From Octopus sinensis (lineage: Eukaryota): 64,000 nt of DNA. The position numbers were made by a program, and so were the translations under genes. The notes beneath the pieces are model-generated. The model had not been told where the DNA came from. It did no database searches and saw only the letters and a list, made by a program, of their open reading frames with translations. Each line of letters starts with the position of its first letter. Within the stretch, counting starts at the first letter, position 1. Shown piece after piece: positions 11,322 through 23,689 of the stretch. The stretch spans positions 14,136,001 through 14,200,000 of the forward strand of contig NC_043022.1 of NCBI RefSeq assembly GCF_006345805.1, given 5' to 3'.

Positions 11322-12829
11322 GCTATATACATATATACATAGATACATATCTATATATAATCTGGTTCGCCAGCCCACAATCAAACCATCCAACCAAGCA
11401 TGGAAAGTGGATGTTAAACGATGACGATGATGATATATATATAGGAGAGGCTGTGTGGTAAGTAGCTTGCTTACGAAACACATGGATGGTGTTCCAACCC
11501 ACTGCGTGGCTTGTTGGGCAAGTGTCTTCTACTATAGCTTCGGGCCGACCAATGCCTTGTGAATGGATTTGGTAGACGGAAACTGAAAGAAGCCCGTCGT
11601 ATATATGTATACTTATGTGTGTGTGTGTGTGTGAGTGTGTGTCTGTGTTTGTCCCCCCAACATCGCTTGACAACCAATGCTGGTGTGTTTATGTCCCCGT
11701 AACTTAGCTGTTCGGCAAAAGAGGCCAGTAGAATAAGTACCAGGCTTACAAAGAATAGGTCCTGGGGGTTCGATTTGCTCAACTAAAGGCGGTGCTCCAG
11801 CATGGCCACAGTCAAATGGCTGAAACGAGTAAGAGAGTAAAAGAGTAAATGTCATAGTAATTTTTAAAAAGTTTGCAATGATACGGAAAGGCTTTGTGAA
11901 ATGGAAGAAGATGTCAAGTAAAACTGTTTTACTCCAAAATGTTTTCCATTCCAGAAAGTCTTTCTGTAAGATTGCAAACTTAAGATCTCAATGAACATTC
12001 TATGTATTTTGTATTCCAACGATAAAGGTACTTGGCCAGCAATAATCGGTCATCCACTTTGATTTTTGTTACATATATGTATATACAAACACACACACAC
12101 ATATACATATATGTATATATATGTATGTATATATATATATATATATATAGGTATATATATATATACAGGTTTATATATGTATATATATATAGGTATATAT
12201 ATATGTGTGTATGTATATATACAGAGAGAGAGACATACACACATGTATATATCTATATGCATCTATATATACTGCATACATGTATGTATGTATGTATGTA
12301 TGTGTGTATATATATAGATATAATATATATAATATGATATATATAATATTATATATATATACATATATATATTCAAATACTTATACACACACCCACACCA
12401 TATATATATATATATATATATATAGGTGTATACTCATATGTATATATAGATATATATATACTCACGTACACACACTTAAACATAAAGATCTATTTATCTA
12501 TCAATCTATCTACCTATCTATCTATATCTATAAATACACACATATGTACATGTGTGTGTGTGTAAGGTTGAAATGTTTTTCACCGGGGAAGTTCATTCAA
12601 ACTGGTCAGGTGTTGTTTGGTAAACAGGAGCCGTGATTTGCACTGATGAAACAGAACTATACCGAAACATGTTGCGGCACATGACTGGGACCGTGTGAGA
12701 GGGAAACAGCACTACAATATGGGATCAATAACTTGCATCAGATTTGAACCCTCACTCTATGATTTTACACGGTAGATTAATAAAGATGATGGAGAGGGGT
12801 GGAAACAATTGCTTTTGAATATGTGCGTC

Positions 12830-13850
12830 TGGTGGCACGTAAAAAGCACCATCCGATCATGGCCGTTTGCCAGCCTCGCCTGGCCCCTGTGCCACTGGCA
12901 CATAAAAAGCACCATCCGATCGTGGCCGTTTGCCAGCCTCGTCTTGCACCTGTGCCGGTGGCATGTATAAAGCACCATCCGATCGTGGCTGTTGCCAGCC
13001 TCGCCTGGCCCCCGTGCTGGTGGCACATAAAAAGCACCATCCGATCATGGCCATTGCCAGCCTCGCCTGGCCCCCGTGCTGGTGGCACATAAAAAGCACC
13101 ATCCGATCATGGCCATTGCCAGCCTCGCCTGGCCCCCGTGCTGGTGGCACATAAAAAGCACCATCCGATCATGGCCATTGCCATCGCCTCCCCGTGCCGG
13201 TGCACATCACCCGTGGCCTGCCAGCCTGGCCCCCGGTGGCATATAAAAGCACCATCGATCGTGGCGTTTGCCAGCCTGCCTGGCCCCCGTGCCGGTGGCA
13301 CATAAAAAGCAGCATCCGATCATGGCCATTGCCAGCCTAACTTGGCCCCGTGCCGGTGGCACATAAAAAGCACCATCCGATTGTGGCCATTGCCAGCCTC
13401 GCCTGGCCCCCGTGCCGGTGGCACATAAAAAGCACCATCCGATCGTGGCCGTTTGCCAGCCTCGCCTGGCCCCCGTGCCGGCGGCACATAAAAAGCAGCA
13501 TCCGATCATGGCCATTGCCAGCCTCACTTGGCCCCCGTGCTGGTGGCACATAAAAAGCACCAACCGATTGTGGCCGTTGCCAGCCTCACCTGGCCCCCGT
13601 GCCGGTGGCACATAAAAAGCACCATCCGATCGTGGCCGTTTGCCAGCCTCGCCTGGCACCTGTGCCGGTGGCACGTAAAAAGCACCCACTACACTCACGG
13701 AGTGGTTGGCGTTAGGAAGGGCATCCAGCTGTAGAAACATTGCCAGATCAGACTGGAGCCTGGTGCAGCCTTCTGGCTTCCCAGACCCCAGTTAAACTGT
13801 CCAACCCATGCTAGCATGGAAAGCGGATGCTAAACGATGATGATGATGAT
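12830..13850 (+). mobile_element. Retroposon family D with an internal ~62-bp minisatellite (~14 units) and a TGA-repeat tail
   Basis: Unit GTGGCACATAAAAAGCACCATCCGATCGTGGCCGTTTGCCAGCCTCGCCTGGCCCCCGTGCCG, followed by the tail ...GGTTGGCGTTAGGAAGGGCATCCAGCTG...GGACGTTAAACGATGATG. Other copies with fewer units at 16080-16190 plus 16490-16675, 26000-26380(-), 50190-50450, 50530-50740, 60280-60715; tail-only fragments at 6720-6820, 9449-9520, 10040-10200, 39350-39545. Confidence 0.85.
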
Positions 13851-13959
13851 GCATGTGTATATGTGTCTTATGATTGCTTCTATTTCAAACAGAGATTTTT
13901 TAGCAGACTGGTTTCCTTGTTACAAAATCACTGATTGTACGACACTCTGTTTTCTATAT

Positions 13960-14195
13960 ATCACGGGTAAGGTGAAACTGCTGCCATGCCTGGCAACAAG
14001 GCAATTTCTACTCTTCTCCTCTGGAAACCATCTACTCGCAATACCAGAGGGCGCACACTCTCCTACCCTGATGTAATCTCCAGGGATACAGGCATCCACC
14101 AACAGCACCTCCGTAATGCTATGATGGACCGTGAAGTCTGGTGTAGCATGGTAAATTCCATTGTCTCGACCACGGTCGAACAATGATGATGATGA
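13960..14195 (+). mobile_element. RTE-clade LINE 3' end
   Basis: Translates ...ISTLLLWKPSTRNTRGRTLSYPDVISRDTG...AMMDREVW..MVNSIVSTTVEQ*, a typical RTE ORF2 C-terminus, followed by a (TGA)n tail. Confidence 0.8.
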
Positions 14196-14467
14196 TGGCA
14201 ACGAGTACCCACCACTGAAGAGATCTAATAGAGATCGAATCTACATAGTTTGGTGGTATTGGAACAAGGGTGACAGGATTCATCTCCCGCTTGTAATAAA
14301 ATATTGAGCATGAGAAGAGCACTGAATGAACCAGCTGGAGGAGATGTTTCCTGGGGTTAAATGACAGTGACATTGTCTCTTAGAAAAGAGTCACATTAAA
14401 GTGGTCATAAATAATACTTTTTAGTTCATATAATTTAACAGATTTTCTAATGGACTCATATACATAA

Positions 14468-14553
14468 ACTCCTATGATGAGATTTTGCCCAGTATAATAT
14501 TTTTAATTGCTGCAATTTAATTCTTTGGGCAAAATCGAAACAGCTGTAAGAGA
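14468..14553 (+). ncRNA. Degenerate hammerhead-like motif with a long stem II
   Basis: ATGATGA (C3 changed to A), perfect 11-bp stem II GATTTTGCCCA/TGGGCAAAATC, GAAAC-AGCT-GTA, then AGAG. Confidence 0.5.
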
Positions 14554-14791
14554 ATATATTGAATTTTTGCAGTTCATAAATGATATTAATGCTATATCTC
14601 CATTTTCTGGATTTTAATTTGAATATTTATAAACCAAGATTTATACTTAAACCTATTATCTTATGAAAATTACTATTCACAAAATGATAGGCAATAAACC
14701 AGTAATCAATTGGATATTTTTATCCCTTACTGAGGATTTTGAATCTCTAATTAATATATATAATATAACTATATATATATATATATATCTA

Positions 14792-14830
<39 letters not shown>

Positions 14831-16247
14831 TAGATATATATATATATATATAGTTATAGATATATGTATATATTTGTGTGTGAATTGTTTGTTCCCCCCC
14901 CACCATTGCTTGACAATTGATGTTAGTGTGTTTACATCCACGTAGCTAAGCAGTTCGGCAAAAGAGACCAACAGAATAAGTACTAGGCTTACAAAGAATA
15001 AGTTCTGGGTTCAATTTGTTTGACTATAGGCAGGGCTCTAGCATGGCTGCAGTCAAATGACTGAAACAAGTAAAATAATAAAAGAATATATATATATATG
15101 TATGTATATGTATATATGTATATACATACATACATATATATATATATGTGTGTGTGTGTGTTAAAATCTGAAGTTCTTTAATTTACATTGTCAGGCTCTG
15201 CTTGAAATTTTGAACAATTTCTAACACGCTTGCCATTTCTCATGTTACTTTTTACATTCATTGTTACGAATCGATTTTCTTTTGCAAAATCCTTTAAAAA
15301 CAAGAGTGTTGATATCTCAATCTCTAAAATTTATATCTTCAGGCTCTGAAACGCACTTGAAATTTTGAAATTATGTGAAATAAATAGACTTTCGACTTTG
15401 TTTTGTTTTATCATATGTGTTACATGAGGTCTAGATTACAAACACATGAAAATAAAATTATGTGATTCTTGACACATTCTGGTGATAAAAATAACATTTC
15501 TAATTTATACGAAATGATTCTATGTGACTAAATAATATGAATCATTGTAGCGCATCTTTTTCGTTCCAGTAATAAAACCAATTAATTTTTTTTTTTTTGC
15601 AGACGATAATTAGCATCTCACTCTCGGTCACAGTCAGAAGCTAGTTCTGGGAATTTCATTTATTTTATTGGTGTTTTTGAACTCATGTTTTTGCTGACGT
15701 CTTTTCGTTTCATGGAAAATGGAATTGGAAAATCTTCATCCTTGCCTGCAGATCCATTTCCAGATTCACCGCTTGATGAAAACACCATCAATTCAGAATC
15801 CTCTGCTGATGTAGGGTGACCGTGATCTGGCTGATTTTTTTCTAATCAACTTCTGAACGTTCTGTTTAGATACTGCTTGATCTGTTTCCTTCCACGATCA
15901 TTTATTGATTTGTCTGTTGATCCTAAAAAGTCTTGTTCTCTCTGGGGTACTTTTTTGTCTTTTGGAGATATGCTATGCTTGAGAAGACCTGGCAAACCAA
16001 GTGAGACCGTAACCATAACTGACCCATTTAAGAGTACCCATCAATCATTGGGCGATAAACTGTGCTTGAGAAGACATGTTGAGTCAAGTGAAATCATTGT
16101 TGTGGCCGATGCCAGTGCTGCCTGACTGGTCCTGTGCTGGTAGCATGTAAAAGGCACCATTTAACGCGCATAGCATAACTATAATAAATTATGTCACCTG
16201 ACAAAAGCTCCTCTGTTCTCTATATGTGTATATGTATGTGTGTGTAT

Positions 16248-16400
16248 GATTTTTTTCCCTCTGTCTTCCCTTCTATGTTTCCGACAAAGAGCTCTGCGCG
16301 AAACGTTAAACTCTCCTCCTTTCCTGAGCGTCCAATAATACTATATTTGTTCCATGTCCTCGCGTTGCTGTTTTTTTTGTTCTTTCTTGTTTGGATTAAC
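16248..16400 (+). mobile_element. Family HH-A mini element, HHR-like motif at 16277-16311
   Basis: GTTT-CCGACAA-A-GAGC-TCT-GCGC-GAAACGTT-AAAC; flanked by TA/TG repeats. Confidence 0.65.
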
Positions 16401-16441
16401 TTTATATATATATATATATATATATATGTATACATACATAT

Positions 16442-16489
<48 letters not shown>

Positions 16490-16691
16490 GGTGGCACGTA
16501 AAAAGCACCCACTACACTCATGGAGTGGTTGGCATTAGGAAGGGCATCCAGCCGTAGAAACACTGCCAGATCAGACTGGGCCTGATGCAGCCTTCTGGCT
16601 TCACAGACCCCAGTTGAACTGTCCAACCCATGCTAGCATGGAAAGCAGACGTTAAATGATGATGATGATGATGATGATATGCATATATACG

Positions 16692-16817
16692 TACATAAAT
16701 GCCTCATGCTAGGAGGGACTCTTAAAGTCAAAACTACCGTAATAAACACATTGTACAATATGTTTATTATGGTAGTGTTGACTTTAAGAGTCCCTTCTAG
16801 CATGAGGCATTTATGTA
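16692..16817. repeat. 126-bp loopless palindrome
   Basis: 63 paired positions, no indels, centre ATTGT|ACAAT; 2 mismatches plus 2 GU pairs if read as plus-strand RNA. Confidence 0.9.
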
Positions 16818-17150
16818 TAGTAATGCCCTTAATATAAATAATATATTTAAAAGCAATAATACATAAATGTTTCCGTTATGAGGTTTTTCATGCAAATTAC
16901 TTGATAAATTCTTATAAAGATTTTATCCTCTTTTTAAAATACACATACATACATGTATGTATGTATTTACATATATATATTAAATAAGCTTTGTTCAGTT
17001 TCTGTCTACCAAATTCACACTGAAATGGCTTTGGTTGGCCCAGGAAATAGTTGGCAATACTTGCACAAGGTGTTATTACATGGGACTGAACCTGAAACCT
17101 TGGTGACTCAATACACACACACACACACACACACATTTATAAATGTGTAT

Positions 17151-17208
<58 letters not shown>

Positions 17209-17379
17209 CATACACACATATTAACGCACACACACATATATAAATATATACAACGGGCTTCTTTCAATTTCCGTCTACGAAATCCACTCACACTTGCCCA
17301 AAGTGCCATGCAGTGGGACTGAACCCAGAACCATGTGATTGGTAAGCAAGCTACTTACCACACAGCCACTCCTGCGCCT

Positions 17380-17469
<90 letters not shown>

Positions 17470-18155
17470 ATATGTATATATGAATATATGTATGGGTATA
17501 TATTTACCAATATATACCATTATATTCCTGTATATTTGTCTGATGGTGTATATAACAAATAGTTCCTTTGTTTTGGCTGTGGCTGATTCCGCATGCTGCA
17601 TATGTTGAGCATATCTTTGAAGAGAGTAATAAATAATGCGACCGCCTTGCATTAAATGGAGCTAATAATATTATTTCTGCAATTATTATTATTATTATTA
17701 TTTATTATTAATTATCTTATCATTATTGTTGTTGTTATTCTTATTATTATTATTGTTATTCATAAAAGAAATCATTTTTTCTTGTTTATGTGAGTTTACT
17801 TACATGAGCAATTTCTTCAAACTATATAAAAATGGCTCAAAAGACTGCATCAAATACACACATATACACATGCATGCACGCACACACACACACAAACAAC
17901 AACACACCATAGATGCATTAATAATAATATAATATACATACCATATATATATACACACACATAGTAATACACCACACAAATATTATATATATACTCAAAT
18001 AATAAATACATGTATGGTGTGTGTGTATATATATATAACAAAGAGTAATACATACATATATATATACACACATAGTAATACACACACATATATATATATA
18101 CTCAAAGTAATAAATACATGTATGTGTGTGTGTGTATATATATACACACAGAGTA

Positions 18156-18198
<43 letters not shown>

Positions 18199-18394
18199 TA
18201 TACACATACACACTCATGAAAATATGCATATATTTGTGCACACATGTGTATCCTGTGTCTGTTTATATGTGCATGTATTTACATAAGTCTGTGTTTGCGT
18301 GTATGCATCCATATGTATTTCGACTGCTTCTTAGTTGATAGAACAAAGGGTGGAAAGTTATGTGGAAAGAAAGACATGGGCAGATAGGTTGATA

Positions 18395-18578
18395 TATCAG
18401 ATAGACTGACAGACAGACAGATAGATAGATAGACAGACAGATTGATAGACAGACAGACAGACAGATAGATAGATAGACAGACAGATTGATAGACAGACAG
18501 ACAGACAGACAGATAGATGGATGATAGATAGATAGATAAGACAGACAGACAGACAAACAGATAGATAGACAGACAGAC

Positions 18579-18609
<31 letters not shown>

Positions 18610-18643
18610 TTGATAGACAGACAGACAGACAGACGGACGGACG

Positions 18644-18701
<58 letters not shown>

Positions 18702-19240
18702 TAGATAGACAGACAGATAGACAGACAGAAAGAAAGGAAGATTGATGGTAGTTAAATAGCTTAAATTCATAGTTAGGAGAGATGGATTAATCAATAGACG
18801 TATATTGATAAATATATTAATATACAGATATAAATGGATATATATATATATATATATAGTATATATATATATATATATATATATAGAATATATGATAGAT
18901 AGGTGGATATATGTATATGTATAAATATATGCATGTATACATATATATATATATGCATACATATATATATATAGATAAATAGATAGATAGATAGATAGAA
19001 ATTAATGTAGAGAGATATCTAGATATATTAATTAATTCATAGATAGATAGATAGATAGATAGATAGATTAATTAATTCATAGATAGATAGATAGATAGAT
19101 AGATTAATTAATTCATAGATAGATAGATAGATATATCCATAGATAGACAAAGAGAGAGAAAGAAAAATGGAGAGATAAATAGATAGTTTCATTGGTAGCT
19201 GGAAAGAGAGAGAGAGAGTGAGATAGATTGATCAATAGAT
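18395..19240. repeat. Compound (TAGA)n/(CAGA)n microsatellite downstream of the tetraspanin
   Basis: Direct reading. Confidence 0.95.
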
Positions 19241-19381
19241 CCATACATAGTTATTATTTTTTTTTTTTTTAAAAAGAAAGAAAAAAACAGAAAGAAAGGC
19301 AAAAAATGGGGGAAGACAGAAATATAGACAGTGTAACGCAAATGGTGTCAATGAGAAAGTATTCAGGATTGGATTACAAAA

Positions 19382-20029
19382 TTATTTTTTCTTTGAGTAT
19401 AAATAACCAATAATGATAAAAATTGCTTCAAAGAGGAGAACTGCAGAGGCTATGAGGATTAGTAGAATAAGACACTCTGTCTGTTGTTTGAAGAATTTTC
19501 TGCAGCCTATTTTATGCAGGTTATCTTCTCTGAGGGCGTGTTTACCACAATCTGGGTATGTTTGCTGACAGCAAGAATCCGGCATAATTCCATCACTGAA
19601 ATGGTATTTCCAAACGTATGGGGTAACATCACCGCAGCACTTGAAGTGTCTTTGTATGGAATTGACATCACTGACGAGTATGAACTCCAGGGAGAACTGT
19701 AATCCGTGGTTGATCGCCGAATTCGCCCAAATGCAGGACGCGAAGTATCCGCACATCAGCAGGAAGAAGAACAACGAAGGCAGGAACGTGTTGCAGCAAA
19801 GGCTTGGGTGGGGCTTCTCCACATCGCACCGGGTGAGCCGTGTGAAAGAGAACAGAAAGAACACGGTCTGGCCGGTCCCCAAGACCACGGCTACTATCGG
19901 TAAAATGATTCCGGTGAGGGCTCGAAACATGGTCAACATGACGATTCCCGATTGTAGCAGCAAGACACAGCAGACGGTTAATGTCATACTTGACAATATC
20001 AAAATAAAATATTGGTTGTCTCGTAACAT
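19382..20029 (-). CDS. Single-exon divergent tetraspanin (CD63-like 6-Cys large extracellular loop), 215 aa
   Basis: ATG at 20029, TAA at 19382. Four hydrophobic segments (aa ~8-32, 41-62, 82-102, 187-211). EC2 motifs FKCCG (aa 129-133), PDSCC (150-154), C161 and IGC (174-176); polar Glu in TM4. No introns within the CDS. Confidence 0.9.
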   Translation of the reverse strand: MLRDNQYFILILSSMTLTVCCVLLLQSGIVMLTMFRALTGIILPIVAVVLGTGQTVFFLFSFTRLTRCDVEKPHPSLCCNTFLPSLFFFLLMCGYFASCIWANSAINHGLQFSLEFILVSDVNSIQRHFKCCGDVTPYVWKYHFSDGIMPDSCCQQTYPDCGKHALREDNLHKIGCRKFFKQQTECLILLILIASAVLLFEAIFIIIGYLYSKKK

Positions 20030-21479
20030 TCTTAATTACTAGTGGAATCATGTATGTATATATGCATATATATGTTTATATATATGGTATACGTGTGTGT
20101 GTGTGTGTGCAAATAAATTTGTGTGCTTCTACATATATATATAATGTGTTTGTGTATGTATGTATATATATATATATGTAAGTATGTATATATATATATA
20201 TATATATATGTAAATGTAAAAATATATTGAGTTGTTTAAAGGTTCTTTTGGTACATTATTTCTTTAAGTTCTTCTTTAAATGTCTTTGAGTGCATCACAA
20301 CCAAATGAATAAAAGAATTTTTCATGACAATATTTTTCAAAAAACTTAGAAAAATTTCAAGATAATCACAGTCCAAGTTTTTAAAAATTCTTGAAACTAA
20401 AACATCAGCTGAATGGAAACAACTTTTTTCTTGTCATTGAAAAAAACGGGGGAAAAAAAAAACCAACAGAAAACATTAAAAAAAAATAATGATAATAAAT
20501 AGTGAAACAAACTGCTTTTCTATCTTTGTCTTTTAAATTTTTTATCCGAAATTTCCTGAAGACAGTTTGTCTGCTCCTAAAGCTGACATTTTATCATTTC
20601 TCACAGCCTTTTTCTGAAAGTTGAACCAGAAGTATTTTGCATTCATCTCTCTCTTGGAGAAGTGTCTTCAAAGCTTTATCAAATGCAATAACAAAGTCTA
20701 CAGGAAGACTTGAGGCATCCTCTAAATTGTGGTAAAAAGTTCCAGAAATCCAAAAGTAAAACACAAAACAAAGAAATAGTATAAAACAAAACTCAAACGG
20801 ATATTCTGCAACAGCCGTAAAACTTTCCACAACGATAACAACCACAACTTTTCCTATAAAACTCACGAGGATGTCGAAACTTTTATAGAGATCTCGATTC
20901 TCTGTCTGGTTTTACGCTGCTAAAATTTCCACAACGACGGTAAACTTCCATACCAGTGGTAACATATCCATCCACAAGTGTAAAAATTCACCCAACAAAT
21001 GGTATAAATTCAAAAAATTCTGATCAGTCGCAAATAAACTTCCACAAAGATTGTAAATATCTCACAACAAATGGCAGCTTTTTTTTTTGTTTTTAAATTC
21101 TTACAATTACCATTATTATTAGTGATTTTTTCGTATTATTCCAGTGAACAGCAGTTAGTTAAAACTTCCACAGACGAACTGAGATAGCAGCAGTAACAAT
21201 GATTCAAATTACCAGTTCACGTTCATATTATATATTATCATCATTATTATTATTGTTGTTGGTGTTGTTGTTGTCATTATTATTATTATTATTATTATTA
21301 TTGTTCTCTTTTAACACCAGCTGTTCCCTTTACCGCTTCGTAGTGTAGACTCCACAATGGTGTAGTCTGGCATGGATTAGGTCAGCCTTAACTGCAGCGA
21401 GGAATGAAGGCGGCAAAAGATGGTAGATGCAACAGCTCTTGGAGAAACAATCAGCCAAGTTCAATATCTATAAGTATTG

Positions 21480-21764
21480 AACATGTGGTGTGTGTGCATG
21501 CATGTATGTGTATGTGTGTGTGTGTGAGTATATGGAGCTTGAGTTTTGAGTATGTGTATGTGCAAGTGTGTAAGTATTGAGTGTATATGTGTGTGTGTGT
21601 GTATATGTATATATATGTATGTGTGTGTGTGTGTGTGTGCGTGTATGTGTATATATATATATATGTGTATGTGTGTGTGTGTGAGTATATGGAGCTTGAG
21701 TTTTGAGTATGTGTATGTGCAAGTGTGTAAGTATTGAGTGTATATGTGTGTGTGTGTGTATATG

Positions 21765-21805
<41 letters not shown>

Positions 21806-22250
21806 ATGTGTATATGTGTGTGTGTGCACATGTTTGTATATACTGAACAAGGGTGTATATGTGTAAGTGTGTGTGTGTGTATGCATATGTGTTAAGTGTA
21901 TGGTGTGTGAGTTTTGAGTATGTGTATATGCATGTGTGTGTGTTGAGATATGATGTATAGTGTGTGTGTGGTATGTGTGAGTGTGTGTATGTATACGTGT
22001 GTGTGTGTATGTGTGTGTAAGTGTGTGTATACATGTGTGTGTGTGTGTGTGTGTGTGAGTGTGTATATGTATACATGTGTGTGTGTCTATGTGTAAGTGT
22101 GTGTGTGTGTGTGTGTGTGTGTATTCATTTGTTATTCATTGTTTGATGTAAACCAATAGATATTAAAAATTTTGAAGATTGGTGTGTGTGTATGTACGAG
22201 TGTGTGTGTATGTGTGTATGTTTGTGTGTGTGTGTGTGTGTGGAAGGAGG
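21480..22250. repeat. TG/TA microsatellite with an embedded ~158-bp duplicated unit
   Basis: GAGTATATGGAGCTTGAGTTTTGAG at ~21525 and ~21683; decayed third copy at ~21905. Confidence 0.9.
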
Positions 22251-22352
22251 ATTAACAATAACAGTGACTATGAAGAAAGAAAATAAAAGAAACAAACAAA
22301 AAAAATTATAAACAGGCAATCCCTCTCCACCCCTGCCCCTAAAACACTGGCA

Positions 22353-22387
<35 letters not shown>

Positions 22388-23689
22388 AACAAAAGTAAAT
22401 AAACAACAACAGCTGTATATACAACAACAACTATATAAATAATAATAATAATAATAATAATAAAAATAATGGTTTCAAATTTTGGCACCGGTCCAAAAAT
22501 TTCAGGGCAGTGGGGGGTAAATTGATTGCATCAACCTCTGTTCTCTACTGATCCTTATTTTATCGACCCCGAAAGGGACAAAAGGCAAAGACTACTTTAG
22601 TGTAATTTGAACTCAGAATGTCAGGCCGGATGAAATGCTGCAAAGCTTTTTGCCCGTTATGCTTAGCGAGATGGCCAGCTCGTTGCCTTAATTATGATGA
22701 TAGAGAAAGTGTTAATATAAAAAGATCTGCAAATAGGCGCAGGAGTGGCTGTGTGGTAAGTAGCTTGCTCACCAACCACATGGTTCTGGGTTCAGTCCCA
22801 CTGCGTGGCATCTTGGGCAAGTGTCTTCTACTATAGCCTCGGGCCGACCAAAGCCTTCTGAGTGGATTTGGTAGACGGAAACTGAAAGAAGCCCGTCGTA
22901 TATACATATATGTATATATACTTGTGTGTCTGTGTTTGTCCCCCCAACATCACTTGACAACCGATGCTGGTGTGTTTACGTCCCCATAACTTAGCGGTTC
23001 GGCAAAAGAGACCGATAGAATAAGTACTAGGCTTCCAAAGAATACATCTTGGGGTCGGTTTGCTCGACTAAAGGCAGTGCCCCAGCATGGCCGCAGTCAA
23101 ATGACTGGAACAAGTTAAAGAGTAAATAGAGGCAACTCATATGTGGAGTCAAAAAACAGAAACAATTTCTAGTATAGTTAAGGTGCATTAGCCTATATTT
23201 CAACTCAGAACTTAGTGGTACTTAATTCTTTACTACCCACAAGGGGCTAAACACAGAGGGGACAAACAAGGACAGATAAACGGATTAAGTTGATTACATC
23301 AACCCTAGTGCATAACTGGTACTTATTTAATCGACCCAGAAAAGATGAAAGGCAAAATTGACCTCGGCGGATTTGAACTCAGAACGTAACGGCAGACGAA
23401 ATACCTCTAAGCATTTCGCCCGGCGTGCTAATGATTCGGCCAGCTCGCCGCCTTAACAACCCTTTCTATTATAGGCACAAGGCCTGAAATTTTTGGGGAG
23501 GGGAGTAATTGATTGGATCGGTCCCAGTGTTCAACTGGTACTTATCTTGCTGACCCTGAAAGAACAAAAGGCAAAGTCAACCTCAGTGGAATTTGAACTC
23601 AGAATGTAGCAGCAGACGACATGCCGCTAAGCATTTTGCCCTGTGTGCTAACGTTTCAGCCAGCTGCCTTAATAATGACAATAATAATA

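Noticed and set aside
12830-13700. 62-bp repeat array as a CRISPR-like locus or repeat protein
   Set aside because: No unique spacers and no cas genes; units contain frameshifting indels; it is the internal part of a dispersed retroposon.
19641-20051. Overlapping ORFs on and opposite the tetraspanin
   Set aside because: Shadow frames caused by the GC-rich segment; no motifs of their own.
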